Positions 28,352 through 36,117 of a stretch of DNA of 64,000 nt are shown piece after piece (the stretch's first letter is position 1; each line of letters starts with the position of its first letter). Under the pieces are notes generated by a model, which saw only the letters and a program-made list of their open reading frames with translations, was not told the DNA's origin and did no database searches. The DNA lies in the NCBI GenBank assembly GCA_903838985.1, contig CAIMAO010000002.1, positions 1,844 through 65,843 on the forward strand. Reading direction: 5' to 3'. Made by a program: the position numbers and the translations under genes. Source of the DNA: an uncultured bacterium. GTDB taxonomy: Bacteria; Patescibacteriota; Minisyncoccia; Phycocordibacterales; UBA9973.

Positions 28352-29422
28352 TTGTCTGGGGCGTTTTTTGCGCCTCTGACCACCAACGCTAGTTTCTTGT
28401 CTTCTATCCTAGGGACGGATGCATCGGCAAGTAATGTCGACTCTCTAAACTCTACTCAATCTCTTAAAAACTCTCAAAACATGGCACTCCTGCAAGCAGA
28501 CGTTTCCCCTATTTCTGCCTCAGATGATAAAAGTAAAGATGGTGATGTTAGTGATGATTCCGACATTAATATTTTATCTGAAAACGCTCTTCTCCCTTCT
28601 ACTAGTCATAAGAGTGTTGGAGATGATACTGATGCTGGAGACTCCTATTCTGATCAAATAAGTGTTTATGTGATAAGAAAAGGCGACTCCATTACACAAA
28701 TAGCTGATATGTTTGGTGTTTCTACAAAAACAATTCTAGCAGCTAACAATATGAAAAAGGGTGACAAGCTTGTAGAGGGCAATGTGCTCTTTATTTTGCC
28801 TGTTTCTGGTCTAGAACATACCATAACCAAAGGACAAACCTTGAAAAGTATAGCTAAAATATACAAAATAGATGCCATAGATATAGCTCAATTTAACGGC
28901 ATTACTGAAGATACAAAGCTTGTTGTTGGAGATAAAATATTGATTCCAGGTGCTGATATGATAGATGAAGGTGGTGATAAACCAGCTTCAAACTTAAGTA
29001 GTGCTGCGGCTAAAGATAAAAACTATTACGATACACACAAAGTTAGAAGTCTCTCTGGTTACTTTATAAATCCAGTTCCTACTGGTCGCAAGACTCAAGG
29101 TTTGCATGGTCCAGGACATCGTGGTATAGATATCGGAGCACCGACAGGCACACCTATTTATGCTTCTGCTGGTGGAACGGTTATTCTTGCAAACACAGGC
29201 TGGAGTGGAGGTTATGGAAATATGGCTATAATCCAGCACGCAAATGGTACAAAGACACTCTATGGTCATATGTCTAAACTTGCTACATACACAGGAGATA
29301 CTGTTAAACAAGGTGAAGTAATAGGTTATGTGGGTTCTACAGGCCATTCCACCGGGCCACACTTACACTTTGAAGTATTCAATGCTAAAAACCCAGGCTC
29401 TGATTGGTCTTGGGCAAACTAA
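28352..29422 (+). CDS. LysM-domain M23 family metallopeptidase (peptidoglycan endopeptidase)
   Basis: Two LysM repeats (YVIRKGDSITQIADMFGVS..., HTITKGQTLKSIAKIYKID...). M23 motifs HRGIDIGAPTGTPIYA and GHSTGPHLHFEV. Confidence 0.85.
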   Translation: MSGAFFAPLTTNASFLSSILGTDASASNVDSLNSTQSLKNSQNMALLQADVSPISASDDKSKDGDVSDDSDINILSENALLPSTSHKSVGDDTDAGDSYSDQISVYVIRKGDSITQIADMFGVSTKTILAANNMKKGDKLVEGNVLFILPVSGLEHTITKGQTLKSIAKIYKIDAIDIAQFNGITEDTKLVVGDKILIPGADMIDEGGDKPASNLSSAAAKDKNYYDTHKVRSLSGYFINPVPTGRKTQGLHGPGHRGIDIGAPTGTPIYASAGGTVILANTGWSGGYGNMAIIQHANGTKTLYGHMSKLATYTGDTVKQGEVIGYVGSTGHSTGPHLHFEVFNAKNPGSDWSWAN

Positions 29423-29429
29423 AAAAACA

Positions 29430-29508
29430 AAAAGCACAAAATTTTTCGTCCTGCGCCCTTCCCGGATTACCGGGTGGGACCCTCGGACAGAAAAAATTTT
29501 GTGCTTTT
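29430..29508. repeat. GC-rich palindromic element (family 1) nested in an 18-bp inverted repeat; probable terminator hairpin after the M23 peptidase gene
   Basis: Flanks aaaagcacaaaatttttc / gaaaaaattttgtgctttt. Core gtcctgcgcccttcccggattaccgggtgggaccctcggaca. Confidence 0.8.
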
Positions 29509-29708
29509 TGTTTATAATTTTCTCCTAAAAACTAGAGCTTAGTTAAATAAAAGAGAGCACGACCTTGACTTATGTCTATCAAGGAAAGGAGAGAGATTTG
29601 TACTCTCTCCTATTTATACCAAGAATAACTCTTGATAATTTTTAAGCTCTAGTTTTTAAAAGAAAATAATTTCTCGCAATAGCCCAACAAAATTAATTTT
29701 GTTGGGCT

Positions 29709-29773
29709 AACAACGAGGTCAAACAGATTTTATTTGTTTGACCAGTATTTATGTTAACCCTAACCCGTTGTGC
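29709..29773. repeat. 65-bp structured direct repeat, copy 1 (3' of cassette 1)
   Basis: Identical to 31057..31121. Predicted fold: outer stem caacgagg/cccgttg enclosing hairpin tcaaacag-attttatt-tgtttga. Confidence 0.85.
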
Positions 29774-29990
29774 TTTCTCAGCGTGGAGGCTCTGCTTCCT
29801 CTTGGCTCACCATTTTAAAGAAAATGGTGACAAACTTTTTACCCGTCCTTTTATTCCTATGGATTTTTAGGAAACATTTTTCACCAGATGTGAAAAATGA
29901 ATGTACTGTTGCGGTGTTCCGCTTTTGTCTGGAGAGGTAAACAGTTTTACCTCGAGGTTTTACACCCAGACTGCACCCATCTCTCCTTAA

Positions 29991-30323
29991 TTACCCTAAG
30001 GTAACTAAGAGCCACTTGATAGTGGCACCTTCTGGTAAGGTCGAACAACCTTCCGGAAGGCGAGGCCCGACATACTGGCCTACAAGAGCTTTGTCATCTT
30101 TTTTAAGGACGACATTTACTCTGTTTGCCGGCACGTCTACTCCCAAGACATTACTGAACACATTAGCTGTGTCAGCATGTCCGACTGCTGACATAGCGTC
30201 AGTAGCGAGAGTCTTAGCCTGCTCTAAAGAGATTTCCTCAACATGAATATCTATCGGAAAGACAGAAATCATATTGAGGGAGATCGCGTTCAAAATAAAC
30301 ATGAACGTTTTCTCCTCTAGCAA
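29991..30323 (-). CDS. Hypothetical protein in GC-rich cassette 1 (110 aa)
   Basis: ORF with ~45% GC against a ~33% background. ...ISLEQAKTLATDAMSAVGHADTANVFSNVLGVDVPANRVNVVLKKDDKALVGQYVGPRLPEG... It may resemble the DUF1874/STIV-B116-like family, but this is unverified. Confidence 0.5.
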   Translation of the reverse strand: MLEEKTFMFILNAISLNMISVFPIDIHVEEISLEQAKTLATDAMSAVGHADTANVFSNVLGVDVPANRVNVVLKKDDKALVGQYVGPRLPEGCSTLPEGATIKWLLVTLG

Positions 30324-30484
30324 CTACTATCTCCTCAACTTCCTCGCAGTCACACTACGATTTATATGAGTATTTAAGTTACTAGCTCTGTTGATTTTAA
30401 AGGTTGATCAACTAACCGCTTCCAACTCACTTGAGTCAGAAGTATATCCCGCAGAAACCACTGCGTTGCTAGGGTTTTTAATTT

Positions 30485-30856
30485 TTAGTCTGTGTAACGA
30501 TTAATTCTGATCATTACATCATCTGGCATATCAGCCAGTTTAATTTCCGCGCGGAATCCCCTTGGGTCGCTATAAAAGGAAGATAAAATAATTTTTTCCC
30601 CTAAAGAATATAAAATTAAATATTCTTTATTTTCCAACACCTGAGATTCTACTTTTCCTCCTTCTCCCGTATAAAAAAAAGAGAAATCTTTGCAATACTT
30701 TATTTGTATTGTAAACATAGTATCTAATTCCCACATTTTTTTTTCATGGAATTCTTTCCATGAAATATCCAAAGGGAGGTTTTTAAAACCAAGACCAAAT
30801 CTTTTCAGATTTGTCTCGAAATCGAAAGCATCCATTAATTTTTGGAATATACTCAT
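30485..30856 (-). CDS. Hypothetical protein in cassette 1 (123 aa)
   Basis: ORF preceded (on the minus strand) by a strong SD ggtgaggagg and by the shared leader repeat. Confidence 0.45.
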   Translation of the reverse strand: MSIFQKLMDAFDFETNLKRFGLGFKNLPLDISWKEFHEKKMWELDTMFTIQIKYCKDFSFFYTGEGGKVESQVLENKEYLILYSLGEKIILSSFYSDPRGFRAEIKLADMPDDVMIRINRYTD

Positions 30857-30900
30857 TTTTTCCTCCTCACCATTTTACGTCCGTGAGGTAGACATTTGTT

Positions 30901-31010
30901 TTTTATGATTAGTCAGTTGTTTAAAAGTAGTTAAATAACCACACTTAAACAACTAACCAACCACAAGTAAAAAATGAAATTTACTCTCTTCTATTTAATT
31001 TTCAAAAAAC
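30901..31010 (-). promoter_or_regulatory. Shared ~110-bp 5' leader/promoter repeat, copy 1 (upstream of 30485..30856)
   Basis: About 85% identical to 34631..34746 (ttttatgat...gtttaaaagtagttaRaataaccacRcttaaacaactaaccaac...aatgaaRttt..ctct.ttc.atttaattttcaaaaaac). Both copies sit 27–44 bp upstream of a minus-strand start codon with a GGAGG-type SD. Confidence 0.6.
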
Positions 31011-31056
31011 TCGCAATGAATTTTCCATTTAATTAACCCAATCAAATGAAAAACTC

Positions 31057-31121
31057 AACAACGAGGTCAAACAGATTTTATTTGTTTGACCAGTATTTAT
31101 GTTAACCCTAACCCGTTGTGC
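31057..31121. repeat. 65-bp structured direct repeat, copy 2 (3' of cassette 2)
   Basis: Identical to 29709..29773. Confidence 0.85.
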
Positions 31122-31467
31122 CTTACGGCAGATGAGGACACAAAATTTTTATTGTAATTTTATGTTTATCCTCACGCCAAATAAATTTGACTTCCTCTTT
31201 GTTTTATCGGTAGGCATCCGACTAGTTATAAGGTCACAATCCACTTATGTAAACTCTCGGTCTACTTCTGCTAAAAGCCTAACACTCACACCTTGTCACC
31301 AACCGTATGGTATTGTGAGATGGTACATTTGTGTATTTTATGTCTATAATGTTTTCCTTACGGACGAAAAAGAATTATAGACCACGTGCACAACCAGAGA
31401 CCTCCTTATTTTTTTGATAATAATTCAATTATGGGTCTGGTAGCCCAAAAATTGTCGTTAATTAATT

Positions 31468-32841
31468 TTAGAGTTTGTTTACACCAACTCCGCCCGTACT
31501 GATCGCAAGATCAGTCAGAACTTTATTTGTACACTCAACTACAAAGGCATGCATTTTTGTACCTGTAAAATCCTTCATAGTTAAGTTTATTTTATCGTCC
31601 CCATCAGTAATAATAACGAGCTCGGGACGATAGGTGGAACCTGCTTTTATTATTTCTTCGATCCTTTGTTGCGCCAGCTTCGCGCATCCCGAGATATCTG
31701 TACTTCCACCTGAATAGTTTTTCTCGGTAAAGTGCTTGATTAACTCCTTAGCTTCAGTTGGGGTAGAGGAGTGATGTTCCTCCTTCAATGTAGTATCGAA
31801 GAGCCTTACATAAAGCTCAGCCTCTCCCTCAATCACCGCTTTTAAACGATTTATGAGGATTCCACCAGCCTTAAATATTCTCTGGCCAGATCCCATTGAT
31901 CCGGAGCAGTCTATAATAATATAAAGGAGCTGCTTCTTTTCAATGGTCGTCACTCTCTCTCTTACCATACTAGAATGAGTGACAATTCTGTATGTCCGAT
32001 AAGTGCTCGGTAGCGCCCATTCGGATTTTATCAACTTATTCATTTCGCCCGTGTGCGCTATTGGGCGGTTCCGGACACTATCACCGGCCGGATCCGGTTC
32101 TTGTTTTTTACTCTTACGCACTTGCATGCGCGTAAGTTTATCTAGATTTCTTGAAATCTGGAGCATAATCTCCTTACCTTTCAAAAAATCTTCCGCAAGT
32201 TTCATTTTTTGGAGACCGTCATCTCCTTTTCCTTCACTCGCTCCCGAACCAGTGTCCTGGTCAGGATCAAGCAGTTGTTTTTCATCTTTGGATAAAGAAT
32301 CAACTTCATCCATAAGATTATTCAGCTGCTCGCCGACTTTTTCTGACTGATCATTGTCGGTAAATATTGGTAACGGCTCTCCGGCCTCTCCACCACCTTG
32401 TCCACCTTGCTTTTTTGACAAAAGTTTCAGTAGACTCATGGCTTGTTCAAGTGGAGAACTACCAGGGAAACAATTAAGATCAATTGTCTGCAAAAAATCG
32501 CAAACGTTTTGATGATACCTCATCTGTTCCCGAGTTCTACCTTCGATTGCTTCAAACCGACTCTTGGTTGATACTTCAGTCTTTGATTTTTTATCGCGAC
32601 GGAGGTATTTCCAATTACCGGAAGTGTCGGCAGCAGGTAAAGTTTCCTCAACATTTTTCCTTACAACTTGTTGATAGGATGATGGAGGATTTACCTGACC
32701 GCCAGCAGCCAAATTACATAAGTCCGCGACTAAGTCCCTTGAAAAGGATTTAACGCCAACCTTATCTCCAACTTCCCGCATTTCTTCCGCACTAGGCGAA
32801 AGATAAGTTACGGGAGGAGAAGTTCGAAATGTAAATTGCAT
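31468..32841 (-). CDS. VWA-domain protein, CoxE-like (von Willebrand factor A with MIDAS motif)
   Basis: 457 aa. C-terminal VWA with ...LLYIIIDCSGSMGSGQ... (DxSxS MIDAS) and ...VIITDGDD.... The N-terminal ~250 aa is charged/low complexity, as in CoxE-family partners of MoxR ATPases. GC-rich. Confidence 0.75.
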   Translation of the reverse strand: MQFTFRTSPPVTYLSPSAEEMREVGDKVGVKSFSRDLVADLCNLAAGGQVNPPSSYQQVVRKNVEETLPAADTSGNWKYLRRDKKSKTEVSTKSRFEAIEGRTREQMRYHQNVCDFLQTIDLNCFPGSSPLEQAMSLLKLLSKKQGGQGGGEAGEPLPIFTDNDQSEKVGEQLNNLMDEVDSLSKDEKQLLDPDQDTGSGASEGKGDDGLQKMKLAEDFLKGKEIMLQISRNLDKLTRMQVRKSKKQEPDPAGDSVRNRPIAHTGEMNKLIKSEWALPSTYRTYRIVTHSSMVRERVTTIEKKQLLYIIIDCSGSMGSGQRIFKAGGILINRLKAVIEGEAELYVRLFDTTLKEEHHSSTPTEAKELIKHFTEKNYSGGSTDISGCAKLAQQRIEEIIKAGSTYRPELVIITDGDDKINLTMKDFTGTKMHAFVVECTNKVLTDLAISTGGVGVNKL

Positions 32842-32864
32842 GTGTTTTCTCCTTCTCGCGATTT

Positions 32865-33938
32865 TTATATGCGGGTATTTTCAAGTGCCAGTTTTTGAGT
32901 CTCGGAGGTTTTCTCCGAAACTGTGTCTCTTAATTTTTTACGACGGTCAGACAAACCGTCGGTTACTTTTAGTGATGAAATTTCATCATTAAGAGCTACT
33001 AATTTTTTTGCCACTTGTAATAATTTGATTGGAGATGTTGCGTTTACTCTTGACTCATTTAATAACTCGCCGAATTTTGTCTCGGCAAGAGAAAGATTTT
33101 TTTCAGCAGCAGCTCTCTCCATCGCAGTCTCAAGGTCTTTGCTGATTGTTTCTGCAAGACCTTCAAGTCCAGGCAGAAACCGTAAATCAGTAAGGTCCTG
33201 TTTCTCTACTTTTTCACCACCACGCAGTGTAGCGGCAGTTTGACAGATCTGAAAGGAATGGACTGCTGTACGAGGGCTCACAAAATTGCCCTCAGCAGTT
33301 GCTTTTGCTAAAATCTCTGCGAGAACGGCCTTAAAGCCGTTAAGAATCGGACCGTTTAACCGACCGGCGACTTTTTCAAACATCTTCAAATAAGAGGACG
33401 CTGAATAATCTTTCCATTTCAAGTTTAATTGAAGCGGAAAGCGCTCAATAAGAGCATGTGCCGCTGGGCCTAAACCAGAAATTTCCTGAGGTTCTTTATT
33501 TGTTAAGCAAATTATTAGCTCGGTTCTCATTTTAAATCTCTGCGAACCGTTTCTTAATTCCTTAGCAGTCAAAACGTCTTTTAGAGCTAGAAGCACCGAC
33601 GCCGGAGCATCAAATAATTCTTCGAATACTGCTATCCGAGAATTTAAAAAAGATTTCTCTGGATAGTATTCAAGAATTTTATCTTCCTCTAATTTTTTGA
33701 AGTTCAATCCTCCGAAGAGACGGCTTTCATCCATCCCTTCACCAAAAAATTGGTAGAAGGTATCAGAATCGAGATTCAAACCATCAATAACTGCCTTTGT
33801 CATCTCAGATTTGGCGTGTCCGCCCGGTCCGAAGATGATAATGTTTTTTTTACTTGTGAAAGCAAGTGCAAAAATACGCACTACCTCGTCGACAAACACA
33901 AACGAGGTTTCAAGAATATTTTTAATTTTCTCTAACAT
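32865..33938 (-). CDS. MoxR-like AAA+ ATPase (CoxD-like)
   Basis: 357 aa. Walker A IIIFGPGGHAKSE. Divergent Walker B and sensor region ...IAVFEELFDAPASVLLALKDVLTAKE.... ...ELIICLTNKEPQE...ALIERF..., aligning with the MoxR ...LATQNP...LDRF... region. Adjacent to the VWA gene. Confidence 0.75.
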   Translation of the reverse strand: MLEKIKNILETSFVFVDEVVRIFALAFTSKKNIIIFGPGGHAKSEMTKAVIDGLNLDSDTFYQFFGEGMDESRLFGGLNFKKLEEDKILEYYPEKSFLNSRIAVFEELFDAPASVLLALKDVLTAKELRNGSQRFKMRTELIICLTNKEPQEISGLGPAAHALIERFPLQLNLKWKDYSASSYLKMFEKVAGRLNGPILNGFKAVLAEILAKATAEGNFVSPRTAVHSFQICQTAATLRGGEKVEKQDLTDLRFLPGLEGLAETISKDLETAMERAAAEKNLSLAETKFGELLNESRVNATSPIKLLQVAKKLVALNDEISSLKVTDGLSDRRKKLRDTVSEKTSETQKLALENTRI

Positions 33939-34135
33939 TTTTACTCCTGCCCATTTAACGCCGGGACCAGCAATTGATTTGAGTTTGAGCGCTTTATTTC
34001 CGCTTCATTAAGGGCGGCAATAAACCTGGCACTCCTCGCTGTCTTGTTGGTAGCGAATAACCCAGGAGTCATGTGTGCTTACTCACACATGTCCTGAAAA
34101 TGATTTTCATTTTTGTGTTGAGTAAGCAACATTTT

Positions 34136-34603
34136 TTACCAGGGACAAGTCTCAGTTTCGGTGCCTGGTATCACCGGTTCGCTACCCCAAATGAGTGCGT
34201 GTTCACTCCAAAACTTTCTGGAGTTTTGGGTAGCTTTCCGATCCCAGGGCTCTGGTTCAGCCAATTCGCCAATGAAGGCGGTAACCAAAATAAAAGTCCC
34301 GGGCTGTTCATCAGCAGTCTTCAGAATGACTACCACCGACGAGCTTGGTTCGGGTTGGCGATTTTTAACAAATCGCGTTAATCCAAACCGTTTGGGCCGT
34401 TGTGCAAATACAATTACATCGTCAGGCCCAGTGACGACACAAGTTGATTCACCTATGATTCGGTCAAACCTGACTTCCTCAACGATGAAAGTTCTTCCTT
34501 TTGAATTAATTTTTTCTAGCGCCTCGGGAAGAACGTCGAGGACACTAGCATGAAGATGTGATTGATAACGATCAACCACATCTTCACCACTTTTTAGCTT
34601 CAT
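34136..34603 (-). CDS. Hypothetical protein, first gene of the MoxR-VWA cassette (155 aa)
   Basis: GC-rich ORF with SD aaggaga. Preceded by leader repeat copy 2. No family recognised. Confidence 0.5.
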   Translation of the reverse strand: MKLKSGEDVVDRYQSHLHASVLDVLPEALEKINSKGRTFIVEEVRFDRIIGESTCVVTGPDDVIVFAQRPKRFGLTRFVKNRQPEPSSSVVVILKTADEQPGTFILVTAFIGELAEPEPWDRKATQNSRKFWSEHALIWGSEPVIPGTETETCPW

Positions 34604-34630
34604 TTTTCTCCTTTCTCCACTTCTGTGGAG

Positions 34631-34746
34631 TTTTATGATGAAAGTTGGTTAGTTATTTAAAAGTAGTTAGAATAACCACGCTTAAACAACTAACCAACTA
34701 TATTATTTGGAAATAATGAATTTTTTCTATTCAATTTTCAAAAAAC
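34631..34746 (-). promoter_or_regulatory. Shared 5' leader/promoter repeat, copy 2 (upstream of 34136..34603)
   Basis: See 30901..31010. Confidence 0.6.
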
Positions 34747-35349
34747 ATATCCTTACTACAAAACAGGCCTCTCTCCTTTTTGTACTTTCATTGTTTTCTC
34801 CTTTTAAAACAATGAACTCCTTCGTAAAGACATTTCAGATCACAAAAGTGGGTTAAGCTCTTATGGTCTGCCTATGTCTTTGCCATTCTTTATTACCCTG
34901 TACTAAGTTTTTAATTTAGTAGTGGTGAATGACTCTTACACGGTTGTGAATTTATCTGTGTTTTTGGTTTCGGTTTGCGGCTTTCACCAAAATCCACAAT
35001 TCACGGTGCAAACAGATTTCAAAAGATTGTCTCTCATCCCACTCCCTCCTTTTTCCTAGCTTACCGGCCTAGGTGCCGCCTCATCGATTATTCAGGATTT
35101 ACCCTGAGCGTAGTCGAAGGGTCAGAGGTGGGTATCAATCTTCTGCTATCTCCTTTAATGAACCTTGCCCGTTCTCTCTTGAGGCGGGTCTTAACTTATC
35201 TGCAAATAGTATAGCATAATAGAAATGTTTTGTCAATGAAACAGAAAAGAAAGTTTGTAAAGGCTAAAAAAGCCTTATTTATCAATATAAAATAGTTATC
35301 CACTTTGTCATATTTGTGTGGCAAAAGCATTCATGTTAAGATTGTTAAT

Positions 35350-36117
35350 ATGAATGAAGAAAACATTTTAATCCAAGCGGGTCTTTCAGAGGAGCAATCC
35401 TTGGCTTATCAATCTTTATTGGATAAAGGGCCTCAAAGGGCTAGTGATCTTGCAAAATGGACTGGGATAAAACGTGGGCTTATCTATAAAGTATTAGAAC
35501 AATTAGAATCTATGGGTTTGGTGTCTAAAAATGGTGGTGTGGGAACTGTGGCCATCTTCTCCCCCGCCCATCCTAGTCTTTTACTTTCAAATATAGAACG
35601 TAAGGAAAAAGAGATTGCTTTGACTAAAGAAATGCTTGTAAGCTCCATTGGTTCTTTGTCTTCAAAATTTAATTTGATTACTGGCAAACCCAATGTGCAG
35701 TTTTTTGAAGGAGAAGAAGGAGTTAAGAAAGTATTAGATGATACATTAAATGTTCCTAAGTATACAGAGATATACACTTATGCTGATCTTGAAGCTATTT
35801 TGAAATATATTCCAAATATAAACCAGGTGTATTCAGATCGTAGAGAAAAATTAGGCATAAAGAAAAAAGGGCTACTTTTAGATAGTCCTAAGGTGCGTGA
35901 ATTGATAAAAAGCTATCACACCGAGACTACGGATACAAAATTGATACAATATAATGTTTCAGAATTTGAAACGATAATGCAGATTTATGAGAATAAGATT
36001 TCTTATATAACTCTGAAAGAAAACTCGATGATTGGAGTAATTATTGAAGACCCATTTATTTATAAGATGCACAAAAATATTTTTGAGCATCTTTGGAATA
36101 TTACTCCTTCTCTTTAA
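35350..36117 (+). CDS. TrmB-family transcriptional regulator
   Basis: ORF 35305..36117. The likely start is MNEENIL at 35350. N-terminal winged HTH ...LSEEQSLAYQSLLDKGPQRASDLAKWTGIKRGLIYKVLEQLESMGLV... is typical of TrmB. Confidence 0.6.
   Translation: MNEENILIQAGLSEEQSLAYQSLLDKGPQRASDLAKWTGIKRGLIYKVLEQLESMGLVSKNGGVGTVAIFSPAHPSLLLSNIERKEKEIALTKEMLVSSIGSLSSKFNLITGKPNVQFFEGEEGVKKVLDDTLNVPKYTEIYTYADLEAILKYIPNINQVYSDRREKLGIKKKGLLLDSPKVRELIKSYHTETTDTKLIQYNVSEFETIMQIYENKISYITLKENSMIGVIIEDPFIYKMHKNIFEHLWNITPSL

Noticed and set aside
29776-29840. Minus-strand segment containing ggaagcag, reminiscent of the SRP RNA domain IV motif
   Set aside because: Only an 8-nt match. The surrounding sequence does not form the conserved SRP hairpin with the GNRA loop and symmetric/asymmetric loops.
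29709-31121. Two identical 65-bp direct repeats considered as a possible CRISPR array
   Set aside because: There are only two copies, separated by ~1.3 kb of protein-coding sequence. No cas genes and no short regular spacers. They are better explained as cassette-boundary or terminator-like elements.
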